Assembly: GCA_965240325.2 (NCBI GenBank) | Contig: OZ251224.1 | Coordinates: 310,001-374,000, forward strand | DNA from: Rebecca billardiae RCC1528 | Lineage: Eukaryota > Protista > Haptophyta | Reading direction: 5' to 3' | Length of the DNA: 64,000 nt | Part shown: piece after piece, positions 10,265 to 22,400 of the stretch | Position numbering within the stretch: the first letter of the stretch is position 1 | How the letters are laid out: each line of letters opens with the position of its first letter | Translations under genes and position numbers: made by a program | The notes under the pieces: model-generated | Databases searched by the model: none | Told to the model about the DNA's origin: nothing | What the model saw: only the letters and a program-made list of their open reading frames with translations

Positions 10265-11128
10265 CGTGAGGAGGTAGGTCGCGTGTGAGGTTGCCGACGT
10301 GGCAGGTGCGCCTAAATTCGGCTCGCGCACAGTCGGGCTCGGCTCGAACGCTGTCACGGAGTGGTTCCACAAAGCGTCCACCGCAGCATGTTCCCGCCCA
10401 AGCCGAGCGCCCTTTTGCACCCCCCTTCGGGAAGAATACGGTTAGCAACATGATAGTCGGCCTTTAAATGAAGCCATACTTGTGCCCTATGACAATACTC
10501 CCAAAATGGACTGCTCGAAAGCTGATCGATACGCAAAGGGTCCACATGTGGTTAAAACGTGATGGTCGTACCCGTCAGCAGATACGAGGCGGAAGATTCC
10601 GTCCCAGCGTCTCCCACTACCCGGATACGTCGTCGTTGGCTCGTTGCAAGGGCCCTTGCTCGTTGCTTGCTGTACCGGTGAGGCCCGGCCGGGGCGGCGG
10701 ACCACCCTGGCGGCGGGACCACCCTTGGTGGCGGCGTGAGTGCGTGACCAGACCGTGCCGGAAGTCCTGGAACACTTCTCCGGATTCGATTCGTCATGAC
10801 GAAATGTTTCGCATCAAATCATATTCTCACAGCCGGTGCGGCCCTGGCCGATACACACCCTTACCGCTCTGCGCATGGGGAACCCAATGCTGCTTTGCGA
10901 GCGTGGTTTCACCGGCGCGCAGAGCGAGCCGGGTGTGTATCGGCCAGGACTGGTGCGGCGCTGCGGCCGCTGAAAATGCCGCGCCGCGATATTTTCGGCT
11001 TTTTCGCGTGACCGGAATGATGTCATTCCGCACAATTGTTCAACGGGCGGCGGCTGCTGGCCGGGCCACGGCCAGCCAGCTCCCCAACACACCCCACCCC
11101 ACCCGAGGTCGCGCTCACCGAGGACTCG

Positions 11129-12014
11129 ATGCTGACGGCACGCACCGTTCGCCTGGCGTCGCTCGCCCTGCGCGTTCCAATCCGGCGTGGTCACTCGGGC
11201 GTGCTGGCGAGCGTCTCGACGCACGCTTCCAAGCTGGCGGCCTCAAGGGCGCTCTCGACACCTGCTCGCTCGTTCGAGGAGGAGGACAAGGCGACACTGT
11301 CCAACGTGCGTGTGCACTCGACTGGCACGAATCTTGGCGACGTCCTCGTGACCACGCAAGGCTTCTCGGCGGACGAGCTCATCCTGAGCTTTACGTCGCA
11401 CACCACCGAGCACAACAAGTCGCGCTACTCGATCCAGGTCGGGATCGAGCAGCACACCGACTCGGACGGCGTCTTCAAGTACATGAACCACTCGTGCAAG
11501 CCCAGCTGCTATATCTGGCCGCTCCCGCCGGCGGAAGGCGAGCCGGAGCTCGGACCGGACTACGTGCACGTCGGTGTGTACGCAGCGCGTGCCATTGAGC
11601 CGGACGAGCCGGTGACGTTCAACTACAACCAGACAGAGTGCGTGGGCAACGGCTGCGCCACCATTCTCCCGCCCACGCTCGCGCCCTCCGCCCTGCGTAC
11701 GCGTCACTGTGGCGCCAACATGACCGGCGGCGCCGCCTCGCTCCTGCCTCCCCCTGGTCTACGCGAATGCGAGCAGGTGGGAGCTCGCCGAGCAATTCAC
11801 GTGCAGCTGCGCAGATGCCATGGAGCCATGCCACGTCGCGGGCGTCTCGCGCCTTCCGCCCGCTGTGCAGCTCGCGCTGCTGGAGAGCTCGGAGGTGCGC
11901 GTATGGCCGCACGTCGCGAAGTGGATTATGGCCGCCTCTGCGGCGCGACGCCGCCTGGAGAGGCTCATGGCGGCTGAGCTGCGTGGTGGCAATCAGGGCG
12001 CCCGATCTGCCTAG
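11129..12014 (+). CDS. Small SET-domain methyltransferase with post-SET CxC, paralog 1 (intron 11638-11776)
   Basis: KYMNHSCKPSC...AARAIEPDEPVTFNYNQTE|WELAEQFTCSC; a GT..AG intron restores the frame; Arg/Ser/Leu-rich N-terminus. Confidence 0.85.
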
Positions 12015-12434
12015 CAGCAGCAGGCTGCCAACCCCGCACGAGTCGCCGCCGGCGCTGACGCTCGGCCGCGCCGCAGGCTGCTGCTCGGCTGGTGAGCCTG
12101 CTTGGGCTGCTACGGGCTAGCTATGGTTGGCAGTGACCAGCGTGCAGCCGTGCGCATGATTGTACACCTCTTTCTCTACCGCTTGTATACTTCCATCACG
12201 GCCGATGAGCTACTCGCGCCGAGTGTACACTATCTGACTACTACAGTCCTGCTTGCCACGGCTGTCGAGTGTCGACTGTCGACTGACCAAGGAACCGGAC
12301 TGTTCATCAATGTGCCATATTTAAAAATCATAGAATTAGTAAAGTGCCAGACGGCCGGTACCATGGACTGGTGAGCAGCGCGTCGCGTCGTCGTCGGCGG
12401 CCGCCCGGAGATCGCCTCTCGAGTGGACTCGGGC

Positions 12435-13258
12435 ATGCTGCGTCTTGCGTCGTCTCGCGCTCTGCGTGCGTCGCCTCTGCGCGGAGCATTAGGCGTGCTC
12501 GCGGGCACGGTGGGGCAGCAACACCTCGCCACGCATGCCCTCCCGCCTCAGGGCGCGGATGAGGACACCCTGTCCAACGTTTGCGTTGATTCAACCACCT
12601 CGAAGCTCGGCGACAGCCTCGTCACCACGCGCGCCTTTGCGGCTGAAGAGCTGGTGCTGAGCTTCACCTCGCAGACCGCTGGGCACAAGTTGTGCTACTC
12701 CATCCAGGTCGGGCTTGAGCAGCACGCGGTCTCAGACGGGATCTGGAAGTACATGAACCACTCGTGCAAGCCCAGCTGCTATCTCTGGCCGCTCCCGCTG
12801 GCCGACAAGCGACACAATGCGTCGGAGCACGTGCGCATCGGCGTGTTCGCAGCGCGCAGCGTCGAGGCGGGCGAGGCGGTGACATTCAATTACAACCAGA
12901 CTGAGTGCGTTGGCCCGCGCGCCGGCGTGCGTGTGCGCTGCGGATGTGCGGCTCAGTGCCTGGCTGACGCCCAACACTGCGCCTGCCTACGCCCTTACCA
13001 TTCGCGCGGGGCGTGTGCAGGTGGGAAATGACGGATGCGTTCGACTGCGCGTGTGCAGACGTGAAAGAACCATGCCATGTTGCCGGCGCCTCTCGCCTCA
13101 AACCTAACGCGCAGCGCGCCCTGCTCGCGGACGCAAGCGCGCGCATTTGGCCGCACATTACAGAGTGGCTCACCGCAGCGTCGGCCGCGGGCCACCGCAT
13201 GGAGCGGCTCTTGGCAGCCGCGCGCGCTAGGGGTGGAAACGGTGGTGGTGGCTCCTAG
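12435..13258 (+). CDS. Small SET-domain methyltransferase with post-SET CxC, paralog 2 (intron 12905-13020)
   Basis: KYMNHSCKPSC...AARSVEAGEAVTFNYNQTE|WEMTDAFDCAC; same intron position as paralog 1. Confidence 0.85.
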
Positions 13259-14069
13259 CGCATCGCCTAGTGCGGCCACAGGGTGTGATCGTGCGCGACC
13301 GTCGGAGGCATGACGCACCCAGCCCGCGCGACGGATGGCGTGATGTCGGCGTGATGACTGCTGACGATGTCTGCAAGACTGATGACGCGCCTGACGGCTA
13401 CAATAGCTCAGATATTGTGGCCCGCCGGCCTTGATCGCGCCGTCTCGGACTCTCGGTGTCTGCGACGCCGAGTACGGCCTTCATCAATGGTATACCCCCG
13501 GGTCGGGCGGGGCGCGGGCGGCCCGCGGGCCCCGCCGACACTGCCGGGCCCGGTCACCGGTGATTGAGACGTCGATTCCCGAGGCGGACTATATATATAA
13601 CGGCCCGCCATTCGGCTTCGTCGGAACTATTATAGTCAGTGAGTCACTATTCGGAGTACGTACGTTATTCGGCGCCAGTATATGAGTAACGTAGTGCCAC
13701 GAGAGTATTCGGTGATCCGTCACGGTTTACTCATTCGACAGACATTCGTCTCCGAGCGGTGAATAAGTGACAGTGCGGGTAACACGGACACGGTCACGGA
13801 TACGGCCGGGCTGCTCGAGCCAGCTCGGCGCCGCGGTCGCGGATCGAGCAACTGCAAGCCGCGGCCGCAAAATATTCGCAGTAGATGATCCAGCAGCACA
13901 CATGGCCATCGGCGCCATTCGAGGCCGTGCGCCCTGGGCGCGTCTGAGTAGTCCCACGCGCCGTCTGCCACGAGCCGCGCGCGTGCTTCGCCGCACTCTC
14001 GAGCGCCGCGCGATGCGCGTTGCCCGAGGGGCGTCCAGGGCTCCACTCAGCCGCGCGCTGTGCTGCGCA

Positions 14070-15624
14070 TCAGTGGGCATCTGCGGACGACGAGGCCTCG
14101 CCCGCCGACGCTCCGCCTGCCCGTCCCGCCGGGGCTGCCGATCCACTCGCCGAAGGCGCGGGCGCAACCGGTGCGCCCTGCTTGCCGGCCGCCTCGGGCT
14201 TGTCGCCCCTGTTCACCTTGATCTGCAGCAGCGACTCGACGTTGCAGCGGCAGATCGGGCACTTATTCGTCTGCAGCCGGAGCACTTTGGCGCACTTGTT
14301 ACACATGCACATGTGCCGGCACGGCAGCACGGTCGTGTCGCGCGGCTCGGTCATGCAGATGACGCACTCGCGGCCGTTCTCGTCGTCGAGGTCGTTCACG
14401 TTCGTCTGCTCCGCCGCGCCGTTCTGGTTCTGCTCGATGCCGTAGATCTCCTGCAGCTCGAACGACTTGTTGCCCACCTGGATCGTCTGCTTGAGCACGC
14501 GCACCGACCAGCTCGAGCCCTGCTGCACGAGCGTCGCAAACGTGGACTGCGACTGCACGGCGGGGCCCTTCCTGTCGCCGGCCGCGGCGTCTGCAGACGA
14601 AGCGCCTTCTGCGCGCGCGGTACGCCGCGGCGAGCGCACAGGCGCGCGGCGCGGCGTGAGTCCTGCGCGCGCGCGAGCGCGGCGGCACGGGCGCGGGCGC
14701 GCGTGCGCACCGGCGACCGCCTCCAGCCGAATGATGATTGGGTAGCGCCGCGGCTCCTGCGGGCTGTACTTGATCTCGTCCTCGCTGTACGACGCGACGA
14801 CGAAAGCACTCCCTGGCTCGGTGCGGAACGTCTGCCCAAGCCCCTTTGGGAACGTGCGCGAGCCAGGCGGCGCGTCGCCCTCGCGAGGCTCGTACCTGCG
14901 GCCAGCCCGAGCAGAGGCCGAGCCGAGCAGAGGCCGAGCAGAGAGGACGCACGGCACGGCGCGCGCGCGTGCGTGAGGCGCCGGCGGGCGGAGCGTGCGA
15001 GGGCGCGCGGGCGGCGCGCAGCGGCGCGTCGGCGAGTTCGCGCGCGCGCGCGCACGTCGCGGCCTGGCCCTCCACCTCCCTCGCCACGTAGTACACGGTC
15101 ACGCGGCAGTCCGTGCTCGCGTCAAAGTCGAACTGCACGTGGAACTTGCCCGCGGTCGAGTCGGGGACGAGCTTGAGCGTGTTCTTCTTGAGGTTCACGT
15201 CGTTCTTGATCGTGTACGTCTTCTGCATCTGTGGCATCGCCTGCGCCCACGCGCGCCGCGCGATCGGCGCGCACATGTTGGCGTGGTCAGCGTCGCTCGC
15301 CAGCTCAGCGGCGGCTCGACACGAGCACCGGCGCGCCGCGGGGCGCGCGCACACCTGGCGGGGCATCGGCCTCCACGGGTACAGGTTCGCGCCGCGCAGC
15401 TCGGGCGGCCGCGAGCCGTCCACGTACGGGAACATGCCCTGCATCCCGTTCTGAGGCGCAGGCCGCTGCCCGCCGTACATGTTGGGGTGCACAAAGTGCG
15501 GCGCATTCGGCGGCGGCGCGGTGTTGCCCGGGTAGCCACCGGGCGGCGCGTTTGGCGCCGGTGCGGCGGGCGGCTGGGCGCCGCCCCCTTGCCGCCGCGT
15601 ACGTGCGGACGTTGTGTTCCCCAT
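14070..15624 (-). CDS. LOG2/MGRN1(Mahogunin)/RNF157-family RING E3 ligase, multi-exon
   Basis: MGN myristoylation-type start; TIKNDVNLKKNTL...FDFDA; VLKQTIQVGNKSFELQEIYGI; ECVICMTEPRDTTVLPCRHMCMCNKCAKVLRLQTNKCPICR. Confidence 0.9.
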
Positions 15625-16014
15625 CGCAGGCTTGTCTAGCCCCCTGCGAGCACCGACCAGCCGCTGACGCCCCCTCCCGGCGGGTGCTCGGCCTGAGATG
15701 GAGCAATCTCGCGGCCACCTATGGGGGTAACACCTTGGCCACCTGTTCACTCGTCGAGTAAGTAAGTGCTTCATAAAGTAGTCTGAGACGGCGCGCGCTA
15801 TTCTGGAACCGCTCGCTGAAAGAGGAGACCAACCATAGCCAGCCTTATTGAGCAGTTCACCCGCCGCATCGATCTCGCGAGTCTGCCTGCTGAAAAGCAC
15901 CGCCGAACCGTCCCCAGCCGTGGTCATCGTTGAAGTGACACTACGGCTCATTGTAGTGTGCACCCGCGCATCGGCCTGCGCCGCGCACCGAGCGCGGCGG
16001 TAGCGAGGGCAGGC

Positions 16015-18386
16015 TCAGATCTTCCTCTTGTTCTTGCCCATCTCGTCGCCGACAAAGGCAAAGGCATCCTGCGGGCCCTCCTTCATGAAGGCGAAGCTGT
16101 CCGCGCCGCCGCTCTGCGAGCCCACGCCGCCCTGCGAGCCCATCATGCCGCCGCCGCCCATGGCAGCTGGGCCGCGCGCCATGCCGCCGCCCATGCCGCC
16201 CGGCATCATGCCGTTGCCCATGCCCGGGTGCTGCGCGTGCAGCGCGGCGGGGTCGCGCGCGGCGCCCGCGCGCTCAGCGGGGGCGACGCCGGCTGTGCGC
16301 GCGCGCAGCCGGCGGGCGCAGCGGGCGCTCCGCGCGTGCGCGCGCGGCGCACCATGCCCATCGCCCCGCCTGCGTGGAGGTGGGCGCCGCCGCCCATCAT
16401 CTGCTGCTGCAGCATCATCTGCTGCATCTGCTGCATCTGCTGCATCATCGCCATCTGCGCGGCACGTGCCGCAGCAGCGCGCGGGGTAGCGGGCCGCGCG
16501 CATCAGCCGTGCGCGGCCAGCAGCCCGCGGACGCACCGGGCGCGCACTCCGGCTGATGGCGCGAGAAGGCGCGGGCGCGGCGCGTCAGCCGCGCGGCGCG
16601 GGGCCGGGGCGCACCTGCTGCATCCCCATCGGCGCCATGCCGCCCATCGGCATGCCCATGCCGCCCATCGGCATGCCGGCGCCGCCCATCCCGCCGGCGC
16701 CGCCCATCATGCTTTTGAGCGGGGCGGCTGAGCGCGGCGACTGCTCTCGCGCGCGGCGCAGGGGCGGGGCGGGGCGAGCTGCGCTGAGCGCGGCGTGGCG
16801 GCGGCGCAGGCGGGCGCGCGGCCGCACGCGCGGCCCGCGCGCACCTGGCCGATGGGAGCCGACGGCCGGCCGTCGGCACCCGAGTGCGCGCCGGCAGCGC
16901 CCGGCCCCGCCGCGCTCCCGCCGCTCGAGCTCGCGACGGACGGCGAGAGCAGCGCGCCGCCGCACAGTCCCTCGAGCTCAGCGCCGAGCGAGCACGAGCC
17001 TGAGGCGGGCGCGCTCGGCGCAGGCACGGCCGCGCCGCCGCCGATGCCCGCGCTCGTCGGCGGCGGCTGCGCCGGCGTATCTGCCGGCGTGCCCACCTGC
17101 AGCCCCGCGAACATGGCCGCGGCGCCATCCGCGCCCGCACCGACGCCGCCCGACGCCGGCTGCGGCGGCGCCCGGCCGGCCGGCATGCCGCCGCCCAGCG
17201 CCACGCCTGCGTTCCCGTTGGCAGCCGCGTGCTGCGGCGCGCTCGGCGCCTGCCCCGCCCCGCCTAGGCTGAGCCCGTCGAAGAGCTCGGCCGACGCCGC
17301 CGCGGAGGCGCCGCCGCCCTCGCTCTGCGCGAGCGGCATGCCCAGCGCGCTGCCGCCGCCGCCGCCGCTACCGCCGCCGCCGCCGCCCATCTCGGCCTCC
17401 AGCAGGTCGAGCAGTGAGCCGCCTGCGCTGGGCACACTGGGCACGCTGGGCACGGCGCTGTCTGCACGGCCGGCGCCGTTGCGCGGGGCCGGGGGCGGCG
17501 CGTCGTCGAGCGAGACCAGGTCGTGCTCTGCGCGCCACGCGGGGCGGGGCGGCGCGCGCGCGCGCGCGCGCGCGTGAGCACGCGCCGCGCGCTGCGAGTG
17601 GCGCGCGCGCGCGCGATCGGGCCCCCGGCGTCACGCGCACGCACCCTCGTGCTGCGGCGCAGGTGCCGCCTTTGGCGTCACTTTCTTCTTCGGCTTCTTG
17701 CCGTGCTTCGGCGTGGGCGTGCCCGCCGCGCCGTTGGTCTCGGCCGCGTGCGACGCCGCCGCGTGCGCCGCCGCCGCGTGCTGCCCCGCCGCCTCCTCCT
17801 GCCCCGCGTCCGCCTCCCAGCCCAGCAGCAGCAGCACCTTGTCCGCGCGCTCCTTCACCGAGACCTGCGCAGAGCTGCGCAGCGCGAGCACTGAGTGCAT
17901 CTGCGCGCCGAAGTGGTTGGCGACGTCGGGGTGGCCGTCCTTGAGCAGCGCCTCGATCACGCACAGCGCCTTGAGCCGCCGCTGCCACTCGTGCGCGCCC
18001 AGCTTCTTCTCCAGCTGCTGCGCCACCAGCAAGCCGTTGAGCGTGCGCACGCTCGAGCTCAGCTTGCGCAGCTCGTCGCGCGGGATTGTGGCGCGCATGC
18101 CGCCCGGCGCGGTGGCCTCGTCGACGAGCTTCTCCTCGAGCAGCACGTGCGAGTCCGCCGTCGACGGGCGCGGCGCGCCCGACAGCCCCCCGGGCGCCGT
18201 GCTCACTGGCGTGTGCTCCGCGCGCGGCGGCGGCGACGCCTGCGAGGGCTGCGAGGGCGCGCGCCACGGCCCCGAGGTGGGCGCGTAGCTGCTGGACGCG
18301 GGCGACGCGTACGCGCCGCCGCCCGGCGGCTGCGGCATGCTGTAGCTGCCCGCGCTCTGCGGGTCGTCGTACCCGTACCCCGCCAT

Positions 18387-18419
<33 letters not shown>

Positions 18420-19172
18420 GTACCCGCCGCCGCCGTACCCGCCGTACCCGCCGCCGCCGCCGCCGCCGCCGATCGGCAGCCGCGCGGCGACAGTCTTTGT
18501 CACACTCTCCGCCACGCCGCTCGCGAGCGCGGCGAGGCGCGCGGTGTTGGAGGTGTCGGCGGTGGAGTTGTCAAAGTTGGGGTTGCCGAAGCCCTGCATC
18601 CGCCCGGTGCTGTACGCGCCCGTCTCCAGCTTTGGCGGGCCCCCGACCGGCCCGGCCGCGGCGGCGGCGCCGCCAAAGCCCAGGCTGCCGCCAAAGCCGC
18701 CGCCGCCGCCGACGCCCGCGCGGCTCGAGTCGCTGCCAAAGGCGACGGCGCCGCCGTCGCTGCCGAAGCCCTGCATCCGACCGGTCGAGTGGAGCTGCTC
18801 GCTCGGCGTCGTCGAGTCGAAGATCGCGTTCATCACCTCCTGCGCCGTCTCGCGCAGCTGCCGATTGAACTGGTCGCCGTGCAGCGCGTCCGGCTGGCCG
18901 CGGTACTGCATCATCTCCTTGATGATCGCGGTCTTACCCTGCATGTCGCGGCGGAAGGTCATGTGCCCGTGCAAGCAGCAGTGCTTCATCACGCGCAGCG
19001 CCTTGAGCCGCACGTGCACGCTGTCCTTCTTGAGCCGGCCGATCAGGTAGTCCTCGAGCTGGCGGCACGCGTCGACCGACGCGTGCGTGATCCGGCCGAT
19101 CTCGTTGTACATGTAGCCGGGCGTGGGCTGCTCATTGTCTGCCGTCGCCTTCGCGCAGAGCGACCTGTCCAT
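16015..19172 (-). CDS. Tepsin/MTV1-like AP-4 accessory protein (ENTH plus VHS-like), multi-exon
   Basis: MDRSLCAKATADNEQPTPGYMYNEI...VHVRLKALRVMKH; EEKLVDEATAPGGMR...WQRRLKALCVIEAL; C-terminal DAFAFVGDEM; the low-complexity exons are approximate. Confidence 0.85.
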
Positions 19173-19463
19173 CGCGCGCACCCGAGCGCCTGCGTGCCCC
19201 GCGTCCGCCCACACGCGCGCGTCGGCCGACACACCCAAAGGCTGGGTTCGCGGGCGCGAGCGCTGCCCAGGCCGGCGAGCTCGAAATATTTTGCCCGAGA
19301 GGCCCGCGCAAAAAGAAAACACTCGCGCAGGCGCGCGCGCGGCGGCGAATTCACGACAACTCGAATATAATTCGCGGCGGAAGGGTGCAAACGATGGCGA
19401 GCGGCGGCGGTGGGTAAAAAGTGGTTTGACGTGCCCCGAACCACGCACGGCGCGGGCCGCGGG

Positions 19464-22400
19464 ATGACGATGGAGGGGTGCGTGCGCAAGCTCGAGGGCC
19501 ATTCGGAGTGCGTGCACTCGGTGGCGATCTCGAGCGCGGACGGCGGGGGGCGTTGGGCGCTCTCCGCGTCGTACGACACGACGCTGCGCCTGTGGGACCT
19601 CCAGTCCGGCGAATGCGTGCGCACGCTCGAGGGGCACGAGGACTGGATCCGCACCGCCGCGATCGCGAGCTCGGACGGCGGCTGCCGCTGGGCTGTCTCC
19701 GCGTCGCGCGACCGGACGCTGCGGCTGTGGGACCTGCAGGCGGGCACGTGCGTGCGCGTGCTCGAGGACCTCACCGCGGACAGCCTCTTCTACGTCGCCA
19801 TCTCCGCGGCGGACGGCGGCTGCCGCTGGGCGGTCGCCGCGGCGGGCAAGACGCTGCTGCTGTGCGACCTGCAGGCGGGCGCGTGCGTGCGCACGATCGA
19901 GGGGCACACGAGCTACGTGAACGCGGTGGAGCTCTCCGAGGCCGACGGCGGGCGGCGCTGGGCCGTCTCCGCCTCGGCGGACAAGACGCTGCGGCTGTGG
20001 GACCTCCAGTCGTGGGACCTGCAGCGCGGCGCGTGCGTGCGCACGCTCGAGGGGCACAGCGGCTTCGTGTACGCGGTGGCGATCTCGCACGCGGACGGCG
20101 GGTGCCACTGGGCGGTGTCCGCCTCGGCGGACACGACGCTGCGCCTGTGGGACCTCCAGTCCGGCGCGACCGTGTGCACGCTCGAGGGGCACACCAGCCC
20201 TGTGCTGTCGGTCGCGCTCTGCGACGCGGACGGCGGCTGCCGCTGGGCGGTGTCCGCGTCGTATGACGGCAGCGTGCGGCTGTGGGACGTGCAGGGCGCG
20301 GCGTGCGTGCACGCGTTCGAGGGGCACACCGGCTGCGTCTACTCCGTCGCCGTCGCCGCGTCCGACGGCTGCCTCCGCGCGGCGCTCTCCGCCTCGTTCG
20401 ACGGCACCGTCTGCGTGTGGGACCTGGCGCAGGGGCAGGGGCAGGGGCAGGGGCAGGCGCAGGGGCCGGAGCATGGCGCGCTCGCGCACGCGCCCGCAGC
20501 CGGCGGCGCGGGCGGCGCGGACGGCGCCGACGGCGCGGGCGCGGGCGCGGGCGGCGGGCTCGTCGACACGCTCGACGGCATGCGGCGCGCGGCGGAGGAG
20601 GCGCGCGCCGCGCTGCAGGGCTGCCAGGATCGGATCCGCGCGTCGCTGGGCGCGGGTGGAGGCGTGGACGAGGCGCTGGTGGCGGCGAGGGACGCGTGCA
20701 GGGCGCGGCTGGCGGCGGCGCTGGAGCGGCTCGGCGCCGACGCGCTCAGCGAGCGGAAGCACGGCGCGGCGGCGATGCGGCAGGAGGCGCGCGTGCTGCG
20801 CGCCGCGCTCGCCGAGGAGCTGGCGGCCGGCGGCGGCGGCGGCGGCGGCGGCGCGGCGGCGCCGAGCGGCGCGGCCGCGCTCGCGCGCGCGTGCGTGGCC
20901 GCGCTGCGCGCGCACGACGCCTGGCTCGATGCCGGGCGCACGGACGGCGCGGCGCGCGGCGCGGTGGCGTGCGCGTGGGCGCTCGCGCGCGCGTGGGCCG
21001 AGCACCTCGAGCCACCCGCCGCGCCCGCCGCGCCGCGCCCGCCCGCCGAGTCGGACGACGCGGCGGGCGCGCGCGCGTGGGCGCGCGCGCTGCGCGCGCT
21101 CGAGGCGCGCGTGGGCGCGGGGCGGCTGCTCGACGCGGCGGCCGAGCGCGCCGCGGAGTGCGAGCGCTCGGCGGCGCTGGCGGAGGGCGCGCGCGAGCTC
21201 GCGCGCGCGGCCGAGGCCGAGCTGCGCGCCGTGCGCGCGCTGCCCTCCGCAGACGTCGCGCGCGGCGCCGAGCTGCGCGAGCGCGAGGACGAGGCGCGGC
21301 GCACGACGCGCGCGCTGCGCGCCGAGCGCCGCCGGCTCGAGGACGCGGAGGAGGAGGCGGCCTCGGGCGAGGGCGGCGCGGCCGAGGTGGAGCGCGCGCG
21401 CCGCGCCGTGCTCGACGCGCAGCGCGCCGCGCAGGCGGCGCAGCGCGGCCGCGAGCAGGCGGTCGACCGGCTGTACGAGTGGGCGGGCGGGCCGTTCCCC
21501 GAGCTGCCCGCGGTGCTGCCCGAGCTGTTCTCCGGCGCGGGCGCGCTGCCGGCGGGCGCGCGGCCCGCGCTGCTCCACGGCCGCGCGCTCGAGCAGTACG
21601 GCCGCGTCGAGTGGCCGGCGGGCGCGGCGCCGGGCGTGGCGCGCCACCCGATCCTCCTGTGCGAGTACGCTGCCGAGCGCGTCGTGCTCAAGGAGTACCC
21701 TCTCGGCTCGGACACGGAGCGGCGGCGGCTGGAGAGGGAGGTGGCGGTGGCGCGCGCGCACGCGCACCCGAACGTCGCGCGCGCGTGCGGCGTCTTCCTG
21801 CAGCCGAGCGCGCAGGGCGGCGGGCACGCGCGCGCGTACGTGCAGGCCCCGCTCTACTCGGGCGGCACGCTGCGCGGCTGGCTCGAGAGAGAGCCGCCGC
21901 CGCCGGCCGACGCGACGCGCGGCGCCTCGCCCGCCGCGCTGTACGACCCGCGCCACCCGGCGGTCGCGCCCGTGCGCGTGCGCGCGCTGCGCCAGCTCCT
22001 CAGCGCCGTCGCGCACCTGCACGCGCGGCAGGTCGTCCACGGCGACCTCAAGCTGGAGAACGCGCTCGTGCAGCTGCCGGGCGACGACGCGTCGGGAGAG
22101 CCGCTCGCGAGGGGCGAGGCCTTCCGCGTGCGCCTCGCCGACTTTGACCTCGCGCGCGCGGACGGCGACGACGACGGCGGCGGCGGCGGCGGCGCCGCCG
22201 CCTCCGCCACCACGCGCGCGGGCGGCGGCACCGACGGCCACATGGCGCCCGAGCTCCTCGCGGGCGGCCGCGCGAGCGCCGCCACGGACGTGTTCGCGTT
22301 TGGCGTGTGCGTGCTGCGCGCGCTCGCCGCCGACGAGCCGACGCGCGCCGCCGTGCTCGGCTCGCTCGCCGGCGCGCGCCGCGCCGCCGCCGCGCTCGGC

